38,270 nucleotides of DNA, taken from assembly GCA_031550915.1 (NCBI GenBank), contig JAVBOF010000047.1:1-38270 (forward strand), written 5' to 3'. The translations under genes and the position numbers were made by a program. This DNA is from Eubacteriales bacterium (GTDB taxonomy: Bacteria > Bacillota > Clostridia > Christensenellales > MGBC116941). This document shows positions 27,515 to 34,505 of the stretch, piece by piece; position 1 is the stretch's first letter, and the number at the start of each line of letters is the position of its first letter. Below the pieces are notes generated by a model that did no database searches, was not told the origin of the DNA, and saw only the letters and a list, made by a program, of their open reading frames with translations.

Positions 27515-28657
27515 ATGAGAAATAACCGGTTTTCGAAAACTGTTATGATGGTATTGGTTTTTGCAATGGCATTTGCTTCGTTTCCCGTAATATCCTTTGC
27601 GGAGGAAAATAAGGGAAAGATACTGGCCGATGAAGTCAATCTAAGAAAAGAACCCAATACTGAAAGTGAAGTTATAAAACAATTAAAAATCGATTCGTCC
27701 GTTAACATCCTCGGCGTTGAAGGAGACTGGTATCATTGCTCACAGAGCGGCGATGAAGGATATGTGCGGATGGATTATGTCTTTTATTCGGATGACATAG
27801 CAAAAGCCACGATTAACGCGGACGACGTTAAATTTCGGGCTGGTCCTTCTGTCGAAGATGAGGTCTATGGGCATTTTGATACGGGTAACCATGTTGAGAT
27901 CATCGGTTTGAAAAATGGATGGTACAAAGTAAAGTATGGCGGCAAAGTAGGCTATGTCAGCGTGGAATATGTTGATGTTGAGATAAACGGCGGTTCCGAA
28001 GAAGAAGGCCTTTTGAAAGTCGGTTCAAAGGGAGACGAAGTGACAAAGCTGCAAAAGGAACTCAAGAAGCTTGGTTATTTCAATCATTCGGTTACCGGTG
28101 AATACGGCGCTATTACACGTGCGGCTGTAGAAAAAGCACAAAAGAAAGCTAAATTGCATATAGACGGTATAGCGGGGGCTGAAACGATTGCCGTTATCGA
28201 AAACGGAAAGCTGCCAGAAGCCGATCCAGAAGTTAAGATAAATGGCAAGGTGGAATTGCTTAGCTGGTTTGACGGCGGCAAGGAATGGTTTGCAAAGGGG
28301 AAGACCGTTACGGTAACGGATGTAAAGACCGGCAAGCAGTTTAAAGCCAAACGATTTGGCGGATGGTTCCATGCGGACAGTGAACCCGTGAGCAAAGATG
28401 ATACGGCAATAATGAAGCAGATCTACGGCGGTAAATGGAGTTGGGACAGAAGGGCGATATGGATAAGCATGGGAGGCAAAACAGTTGCGGCTTCTATGCA
28501 TGGTATGCCTCACATGGTCGATGCGGTTCCCGGCAACGATTTTCCCGGTCATTTCTGCATACATCTATATAAGAGCAAGGTGCATGCGAACAGCAAGGAA
28601 TGTCCGAGGCACCAGGCAGCCGTTATGAAGGCATTCAACACCAAACCGAAGGATTGA
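27515..28657 (+). CDS. Paralogous secreted cell-wall protein: signal peptide, 2 SH3b-like repeats, PG_binding_1-like domain, same unassigned C-terminal His/Cys domain
   Basis: ORF 27506..28657. The ATG at 27515 follows AGGTGA by 5 nt and gives MRNNRFSKTVMMVLVFAMAFASFPVISFA|EEN. SH3b-like repeats are EVNLRKEPN...GDWYHCSQSGDEGYVRMDYV and DVKFRAGPS...GWYKVKYGGKVGYVSVEYV. The PG-binding helices are GDEVTKLQKELKKLGYF...DGIAGAETIAVI. The C-terminal module runs VELLSWFDGG...KRFGGWFHADSEPVSKDDTA...GMPHMVD...GHFCIHLYKSKVH...RHQAAV. Confidence 0.85.
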   Translation: MRNNRFSKTVMMVLVFAMAFASFPVISFAEENKGKILADEVNLRKEPNTESEVIKQLKIDSSVNILGVEGDWYHCSQSGDEGYVRMDYVFYSDDIAKATINADDVKFRAGPSVEDEVYGHFDTGNHVEIIGLKNGWYKVKYGGKVGYVSVEYVDVEINGGSEEEGLLKVGSKGDEVTKLQKELKKLGYFNHSVTGEYGAITRAAVEKAQKKAKLHIDGIAGAETIAVIENGKLPEADPEVKINGKVELLSWFDGGKEWFAKGKTVTVTDVKTGKQFKAKRFGGWFHADSEPVSKDDTAIMKQIYGGKWSWDRRAIWISMGGKTVAASMHGMPHMVDAVPGNDFPGHFCIHLYKSKVHANSKECPRHQAAVMKAFNTKPKD

Positions 28658-28756
28658 TCGACTTGCACCGGCCTACAGCAGGAAAGCTGCGTGGGACGGC
28701 ACGGATATATGCCCGACCATTCGGAAGGGCGTTAGGCTATAAAGAAGCCTAATTTT

Positions 28757-28804
28757 AAAGCCTGCGCGCTAGGCAGACCCTTTCGCTCGCAGGCTTTTTT
28801 GTTT
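28757..28804 (+). terminator. Rho-independent terminator (possibly bidirectional) after the second SH3b/PG-binding gene
   Basis: Stem aaagcctgcg (28757-28766) / cgcaggcttt (28788-28797), followed by a T-run (ttttttgttt). The A-run on the left could serve the convergent minus-strand operon. Confidence 0.7.
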
Positions 28805-28876
28805 CTTAATGTTTAATGTTTTTCGCATCGGCCGGTTCTTTCTAGAACCGATGGTATCGCACAAGCTTGTGCGTTT

Positions 28877-30283
28877 TTAAATGCCAACCGAGTATTTATT
28901 ATACATCCTTTTATCGCAAATTTTCAACATCTCCAGCAATTCCTCGTCACCCATGACTGAATTACGGCCATTCGCATATTCGGCATCTACGAGATCCTTG
29001 ATCTTCTCAACCGTTTCACTGCGCTTGTCGACGATATCCTTGCCTTTTAGGCGGAAATATCCGTTTATCCAATGCGCAATGCCGGCTGTACCTGAATGCG
29101 AATCTACGGCTACAGTTGCGGGCCTGTTCAATAAAGCGTCGGTATCAAAGATGTTGTATATCTCTTCATCCTTAAGCAGGCCGTCAGCGTGTATGCCGGC
29201 GCGTGTGCTGTTAAACTTACGCCCGACAAACGGTGTCCGTGCCGGAATTTTGAACCCGATTTTCTTTTCGAAGTATTCCGCTATCTCGGTTATCGCGGTC
29301 AGATCCATTCCGTCGGTCGTACCCCTGAGCGAGGCGTATTCAATAACCATAGCTTCGACAGGGCAGTTACCCGTCCTTTCGCCTATGCCAAGCAATGAAC
29401 AGTTTGCGCCACCGCATCCATAAAGCCAGGCCGTCGCCGCGTTGATGACGACCTTATAGAAATCGTTATGACCGTGCCACTCGAGGTTTTGGCTCTCGAA
29501 GCCCGCGAGCTGCCTTAATCCGTAAATAATGCCCTGGACGCTCCTTGGCAGCGCAGCGCCGGGATACGTGACGCCAAAGCCCATCGTATCACATGCGCGT
29601 ATCTTTATTGGCATATTGGCTTTTTCTCCCAGTTTACGCAATGCTATAGCGAACGGTACGACGAAGCCGTAGAAGTCCGCGCGCGTAATGTCTTCGAAGT
29701 GGCATCGCGGCAAAATGCCTTCTTCCAGACATTTTTCGACTATATCAAGATATTTATCCAAAGCCTGCTTGCGCGTAAGGTTCATCTTTTTGAATATATG
29801 GTAATCCGAACAGCTTACCAAAACGCCTGTTTCTTTAACTCCCATTTCCTTTACAAGCTTAAAATCGTTGGGATGCGCGCGTATCCATGTTGTCACCTCG
29901 GGAAAATCCAGCCCGAGGTCCTGGCATTTTCGGACTGCTTCCCTGTCTTTTTCGGTATAGATAAAGAATTCGCTTTGGCGGATAATACCTTTGGGTCCGC
30001 CCAGCTTGGAAAGCAGCTTGTACAGGTGGACTATCTGATCCACGGTAAAAGGTGAGCGGGACTGCTGCCCGTCCCTGAACGTCGTATCCGTTATAAAGAT
30101 ATCGTCCGGCATTGCTGTTGGAACGCGCCGGAAGTTAAAGGTGACCTTTGGTACTGAAGAATATTCGAATATTTCGCGGAACAGATTTGGTTCGTCCACA
30201 TCCTGCAGTGAGTATTCGTATATATTTTCCTCCAAAAGATTGGATTGATCGTTATAATATACTTTTCCGTACATATCATCCAT
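28877..30283 (-). CDS. DRE-TIM (HMGL-like) 2-oxoacid:acetyl-CoA condensing enzyme of the isopropylmalate/homocitrate synthase family; candidate Re-citrate synthase
   Basis: 468 aa. Motifs ITDTTFRDGQQS, EWHGHNDFYK (metal-binding HxH) and GIGERTGNCPVE. It lacks the long LeuA regulatory C-terminal domain. The specific substrate is an inference. Confidence 0.8.
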   Translation of the reverse strand: MDDMYGKVYYNDQSNLLEENIYEYSLQDVDEPNLFREIFEYSSVPKVTFNFRRVPTAMPDDIFITDTTFRDGQQSRSPFTVDQIVHLYKLLSKLGGPKGIIRQSEFFIYTEKDREAVRKCQDLGLDFPEVTTWIRAHPNDFKLVKEMGVKETGVLVSCSDYHIFKKMNLTRKQALDKYLDIVEKCLEEGILPRCHFEDITRADFYGFVVPFAIALRKLGEKANMPIKIRACDTMGFGVTYPGAALPRSVQGIIYGLRQLAGFESQNLEWHGHNDFYKVVINAATAWLYGCGGANCSLLGIGERTGNCPVEAMVIEYASLRGTTDGMDLTAITEIAEYFEKKIGFKIPARTPFVGRKFNSTRAGIHADGLLKDEEIYNIFDTDALLNRPATVAVDSHSGTAGIAHWINGYFRLKGKDIVDKRSETVEKIKDLVDAEYANGRNSVMGDEELLEMLKICDKRMYNKYSVGI

Positions 30284-30296
30284 AATAGTATGCCTC

Positions 30297-31490
30297 CTAT
30301 TTCAGTTTTTTTGTAAAAGCCTCAATCCTGTTGAGGCCTTCTGTTATATTCTTGATGGACGTAGCATAAGACATCCGGACAAAGCTATCCGCGCCAAAAG
30401 CCATACCGGGAACTACGGCCACGTTTTCTTCCTCCAGCAACGCGTCGGCAAACTCCATACTCGAATTTATAGTTTTTACGCCAAGGCTCTTGCCGAACAA
30501 GCCGGAGATGCTCATCATAATATAAAATGCTCCCGCGGGCAAGTTGCAGCTCAAGCCGCCGATAGAGTTTATTCTGTGGTGCATGAACTTGCGGCGCTCG
30601 TCAAACTCCCTCGCCATGCCTGCGTACGCCGCATCACCGCTTTGCAGAGCGACGATCCCTGCGTGCTGTGCCATGGAATTGGGGTTGGATGTAGAGTGGC
30701 TTTGGTAGTCGCCCATCAGTTTTGCTATCCTATCGGTACTCGCGGTATAGCCTATCCTCCATCCTGTCATAGAGAAAGCTTTGCTTAGACCGTTTACCAC
30801 GATCGTCCGTTCTTTAGCGTCCTCGCTGACAGTGGCTATGCTCACAAAGATGTTTCCGTCATAAATAAGCTTTTCATATATCTCGTCGGATATCAAAAGG
30901 AAATCTTTTTCCTTTGCTATTCCTGCGATAGCTTCAAGTTCTTTTCTTGTATACAGCGAACCGCAAGGGTTGCCGGGCGAATTTAATATCAGCGCCTTCG
31001 TCTTATCGGTACACGCGGATTCGATAGACTCGGGACTAAGCTTAAAATCATCTTTTTCTTTGCCGGTCACAAAAACAGGTACGCCATCCGCCATCTTAAC
31101 CATCTCGGGATAGCTGACCCAGTATGGCGCTGGAATGATGACCTCATCACCTGGGTTTAGTATGGCTTGGAATATATTGAAGAGTGAATGTTTCGCGCCG
31201 TTGGATACGACTATCTGCGAAGGCTTGTAGCTAAGTCCGTTTTCATTCTGCAGTTTTTCGCAAATCGCTTTTCTAAACGGCAAGCTGCCCGCTGCAGGCG
31301 TGTATTTGGTCATACCCTTGTCCAGGGCTTCCTTGGCTGCTTGCTTTATAAAATCGGGCGTATCGAAATCGGGCTCGCCGGCGCCGAAACCGATAACATC
31401 CAATCCTTCCTCTTTCATCTGCTTTGCTTTAGCATCTATAGCCAAAGTCATTGAGCCGACAACTGCTTCCGCTCTGCGGGATAATTCCAT
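30297..31490 (-). CDS. Aspartate/aromatic-type class I PLP aminotransferase (AspB-like)
   Basis: 397 aa. Motifs GFGAGEPDFDTP, NSPGNPCG and NGLSKAFSMTGWRIGY (PLP Lys). It lies 13 nt upstream of the synthase-family gene and is co-directional with it. Confidence 0.88.
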   Translation of the reverse strand: MELSRRAEAVVGSMTLAIDAKAKQMKEEGLDVIGFGAGEPDFDTPDFIKQAAKEALDKGMTKYTPAAGSLPFRKAICEKLQNENGLSYKPSQIVVSNGAKHSLFNIFQAILNPGDEVIIPAPYWVSYPEMVKMADGVPVFVTGKEKDDFKLSPESIESACTDKTKALILNSPGNPCGSLYTRKELEAIAGIAKEKDFLLISDEIYEKLIYDGNIFVSIATVSEDAKERTIVVNGLSKAFSMTGWRIGYTASTDRIAKLMGDYQSHSTSNPNSMAQHAGIVALQSGDAAYAGMAREFDERRKFMHHRINSIGGLSCNLPAGAFYIMMSISGLFGKSLGVKTINSSMEFADALLEEENVAVVPGMAFGADSFVRMSYATSIKNITEGLNRIEAFTKKLK

Positions 31491-31513
31491 TTCGTTCCTC
31501 TCCTCCGATTAGA

Positions 31514-31630
31514 TTTTGCAAGATTGTAAAATGATTTATGCAAAATACAGATTACAAATCTAATTTTATGCCATGTTTATGCATTTTGCAATACTTTTTT
31601 TGCAAAAATAGAAAGCAATAATTGCATTTT
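31514..31630. promoter_or_regulatory. Array of TTTGCAA / TGCAAAA-type AT-rich palindromic motifs in a divergent promoter region
   Basis: Motifs read directly from the sequence: ttttgcaa at 31514-31521, tgcaaaa at 31539-31545, tatgcattttgcaat at 31578-31592, a perfect 12-bp palindrome tttttgcaaaaa at 31597-31608, gcaataattgc at 31615-31625 and ttgcatttttt at 31622-31632. Confidence 0.3.
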
Positions 31631-31711
31631 TTAGATAGGTTATATGATTGTAACAGATTGTGGATCTTATGAATATCATGTTTTGAAAGTATATATATAG
31701 AAGGTGCGGTT

Positions 31712-31975
31712 ATGAAAAAAATCACATTTATCAAAGGCGATTACTGTATATATTGCGATATGGTAATGAAACATATGGAAGAGCTTTATGACGAGGACGT
31801 ACGGTACAGGAGGTTGAGGATAGAGGTAATTGATGAGATAGTCCAGCCGGAATTGGCTGCAGAATATGAATATTACATCGTTCCGGTCTTTGCATTAGAC
31901 GGAGAAATAATACTTGAAGGTGAAACCAGTAAAAGTGAATTAAAAAAGCTTTTTGATTCTGCGGTTGAAGAATAG
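31712..31975 (+). CDS. Small thioredoxin/glutaredoxin-like protein (CxxC)
   Basis: 87 aa. An N-terminal beta-strand is followed by CIYC, with a VPVF...DGE pattern (cis-Pro loop region) typical of the thioredoxin fold. RBS GAAGGTG. Confidence 0.7.
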   Translation: MKKITFIKGDYCIYCDMVMKHMEELYDEDVRYRRLRIEVIDEIVQPELAAEYEYYIVPVFALDGEIILEGETSKSELKKLFDSAVEE

Positions 31976-32000
31976 ATACAGTGCTTGCACGCCTGCTTCA

Positions 32001-32276
32001 CTATTTTAAAATCAATTCCAACAGCAGAAGCATTATGACGCCAGGTATGCCAAGGAAACCGGCAGTGAGAGCGGTAACAGGATTGATGTTTATATGTATA
32101 CCCAAAACAGATCCGAGCAGATTGACAAGCAAAAGCATCAATCCACCCGCTATACCGTTCAAAACCAGCCGGCCTATTAGCCTTAAAGGCGCGAGCAACA
32201 GCCTTCCTGCAAAATAAAGCAGGGCTATACCCGCAGCGAAAGCCGCAATAACTTCCCATTGTATGCCGAGACCCAT
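32001..32276 (-). CDS. bofA: Pro-sigma-K processing inhibitor BofA
   Basis: 91-aa membrane protein. The C-terminal part, LLLVNLLGSVLGIHININPVTALTAGFLGIPGVIMLLLL, matches the BofA signature (IPIN..T....G.LG.PG). It lies directly downstream of a yaaL-like gene, as in Bacillus. Confidence 0.85.
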   Translation of the reverse strand: MGLGIQWEVIAAFAAGIALLYFAGRLLLAPLRLIGRLVLNGIAGGLMLLLVNLLGSVLGIHININPVTALTAGFLGIPGVIMLLLLELILK

Positions 32277-32334
32277 TTTGAACCTCCGGATAAAAGCTTG
32301 GGCTTGTTCGCTTATTAATATGAATCTTTGGCCG

Positions 32335-32586
32335 TCAATATTCCTTTTGTTGGCCGCTGGCCTGCTTTACCTTGTCCAGCAGGTACAGATACCTCCTTCT
32401 ACTCGCTTCGAGGTTATATATAGCGCAATCTATAAGATCCGGCTCTACGGCGTTTTGAAAAAAGTTTTGCGCCGCCTGCCATTCCATCAGCGCCGAATGC
32501 GTCTGAATTAGCAAATCCCTTATATCCACGTCGGTTTCGCATGCTATTTGCGCTCGGTTTAGCTGTTTGACAAGATCTATTTGCAT
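32335..32586 (-). CDS. yaaL: YaaL-family protein (DUF2508)
   Basis: 83 aa. EWQAAQNFFQNAVEPDLIDCAIYNLEASRRRYLYLL matches the DUF2508 pattern (DPDLID.AIY.LEA...RY.YLL). GGAGGGGA RBS. Confidence 0.82.
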   Translation of the reverse strand: MQIDLVKQLNRAQIACETDVDIRDLLIQTHSALMEWQAAQNFFQNAVEPDLIDCAIYNLEASRRRYLYLLDKVKQASGQQKEY

Positions 32587-32709
32587 AAAATCCCCTCCTT
32601 TTTTAGAATTATGGTCAGCTTTCTCCCTTTCTAAACAATTATAAGTAACAGGATAAATAAATAAGCGTATGTTACATTGTCCGAGTTTGTATTATAATAG
32701 ATAATAATA

Positions 32710-34494
32710 ATGTTTCCGGAGGCAAATTTGGGTTATCGAGCATTGTATAGGGAGTGGAGGCCTGCAAAGTTTTCCGAGGTCATAGGGCAGGAAAACATCA
32801 CTTCCATATTAAAGAACCAGATAGAGAGCGGCCGTATTTCCCACGCATACCTTTTTTGCGGGGCGAGGGGCACGGGTAAAACTAGTACGGCAAAGATTTT
32901 TGCTAGGGTCGTTTGCTGCCATTCCCCAAAGGAAGGCAACGCATGTGAAGAATGTGAAAGCTGTATCGCCAGCCTCGGCGACGGAGATATGGATATCATA
33001 GAGATCGACGCCGCCTCCAACAACGGCGTGAATGAGATACGTGAACTAAGGGACAAAGCCAGATATGCACCGATGCACGGCCGCTATAAGGTATATATAA
33101 TTGATGAAGTGCACATGCTTTCCGGAGGCGCGTTCAATGCTCTTTTGAAGACCTTGGAGGAACCTCCGCCGAATGTCGTATTTATCCTGGCGACGACGGA
33201 GCCGCAAAAATTGCCCGCAACGGTTCTTTCCCGCTGCCAAAGGTATGATTTTAAACGTATCGGCGTCGACGATATGATAAAGCGGATGAAGATGATCGCT
33301 ATAGATGCAGGGATAAACATAGAAGACGACGCTTTGGATTGGATCGCCCGTGCCGCGGAAGGCGGCATGAGGGACGCCCTGAGCCTGCTGGACCAGTGTA
33401 TATCACTTTGCGGTGATGATATAAAGAAGCGGGATGTTTTAGATATAACCGGCGCGGCTGACGCGTCATTTATGTTTGATATGGCCGGGTGTATAATCGA
33501 CGGCAATGCCGCGAAGGCGCTTGGACTTTTGGATTCGTTTGTGCGGGAGGGTAGGGATATCTCGGTATTAGCAAAGGATATCGCCTGGCATTTTCGGACT
33601 CTGCTCATTGCGAAGGTATGCGGTGAGGAAACGGGAATAAGTGAATTGACTAATGAGAGCGCTGCGCTCTATGCGGGTCAGGCGGCGAAGGCGGGGGAAG
33701 AACGGATATTACGCGCGCTCAACGTGTTCCCTTTGCTGGAAAACGCGATGCGGTACTCATCTCAGCCAAGGATAGCCCTTGAAACCGCTTTGGTCGGCAT
33801 CTGCAGGCCGGAAACCTTGGAGGATATATCAGGCGTTTTAGACAGGCTGGACAAGCTGGAGAAAACAATTGGATCCGGCGTGACCGTAGCCGCCGTGCCC
33901 GGAGTTACAATCAGGTCGGAGGAAACGGATAGCGTAACGGAAGAGACGGTTTCCGGGTTTGCGGATGCGGACGACGAAGTGCCATGGGATGTACCGATGC
34001 CGGATTCGGAAACGCCGGTTAGCGTGTATGAGATTGCAGAGCCTGATGGTGAATATGGCGAAGAAGACATGAAGGAAGATATCCGAGCGGATAACGGCGT
34101 GAACGGAGGAATAGCGGAGGAAGAAATGCCCGGGCACACATCTAATGCGAAACCTTTTGCCGGCGAAACCGACGAATATAAGTTTGCAAAGGCTATGCAA
34201 ATGTTAAAAGAGCAGAACATGCCCGTCTATATAATTGCCGCGGACGGAAAGCTATCCGGCATAAGCGGGGATGTATTGGAAATGATTTTTCCGGACGAGG
34301 CCGGCATGTTTGTGCAGGTATTGGAAAAGAAGGATAATATGGACGCATTGGTATCCGCGTTTGAACAATCGTTCGGCAAAAAATTTACATTCCAAATGAA
34401 GCTGGGCAAACCTGAGGAAAAGAAAGATAATTTCAACGATATTCTAAACACAGCAATAGCTTTAGCAGGGGAAGACAAAGTAGAGCTGATATAA
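32710..34494 (+). CDS. dnaX: DNA polymerase III subunit gamma/tau
   Basis: 594 aa. Motifs ALYREWRPAKFSEVIGQE, Walker A GARGTGKTS, a Zn module CHSPKEGNACEECESC and Walker B YIIDEVHML, with an acidic C-terminal half. The true start may be the TTG at 32728, because GGAGG at 32718-32722 lies 5 nt upstream. Confidence 0.95.
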   Translation: MFPEANLGYRALYREWRPAKFSEVIGQENITSILKNQIESGRISHAYLFCGARGTGKTSTAKIFARVVCCHSPKEGNACEECESCIASLGDGDMDIIEIDAASNNGVNEIRELRDKARYAPMHGRYKVYIIDEVHMLSGGAFNALLKTLEEPPPNVVFILATTEPQKLPATVLSRCQRYDFKRIGVDDMIKRMKMIAIDAGINIEDDALDWIARAAEGGMRDALSLLDQCISLCGDDIKKRDVLDITGAADASFMFDMAGCIIDGNAAKALGLLDSFVREGRDISVLAKDIAWHFRTLLIAKVCGEETGISELTNESAALYAGQAAKAGEERILRALNVFPLLENAMRYSSQPRIALETALVGICRPETLEDISGVLDRLDKLEKTIGSGVTVAAVPGVTIRSEETDSVTEETVSGFADADDEVPWDVPMPDSETPVSVYEIAEPDGEYGEEDMKEDIRADNGVNGGIAEEEMPGHTSNAKPFAGETDEYKFAKAMQMLKEQNMPVYIIAADGKLSGISGDVLEMIFPDEAGMFVQVLEKKDNMDALVSAFEQSFGKKFTFQMKLGKPEEKKDNFNDILNTAIALAGEDKVELI

Positions 34495-34505
34495 CGGGTG
34501 TACAT

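Noticed and set aside
25600-27515. WalR-type direct repeats (TGTWAH-N5-TGTWAH) upstream of the two cell-wall genes
   Set aside because: Only half-sites are present: TGTAAT at 25633-25638 followed by GTTAAA, and TGTAAC in the second leader followed by CGAAAT. The second halves match poorly, so there is not enough evidence to call a WalR site.
32587-32709. Looked for the SRP (4.5S/scRNA) gene that precedes dnaX in Bacillus; also checked 22897-23431 upstream of ybaB
   Set aside because: I could not find the conserved domain IV motif (GGUCCGGAAGGAAGCAGCC-like) on either strand, and the dnaX gap is too short and AT-rich. A covariance-model scan would be needed to be certain.
32710-34494. Programmed ribosomal frameshift site in dnaX (A AAA AAG-type, as in E. 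coli tau/gamma)
   Set aside because: Reading the gene, I found no A-AAA-AAG slippery heptamer followed by a stem-loop. The only long A-run of that type nearby lies in recR (about 23929-23937).
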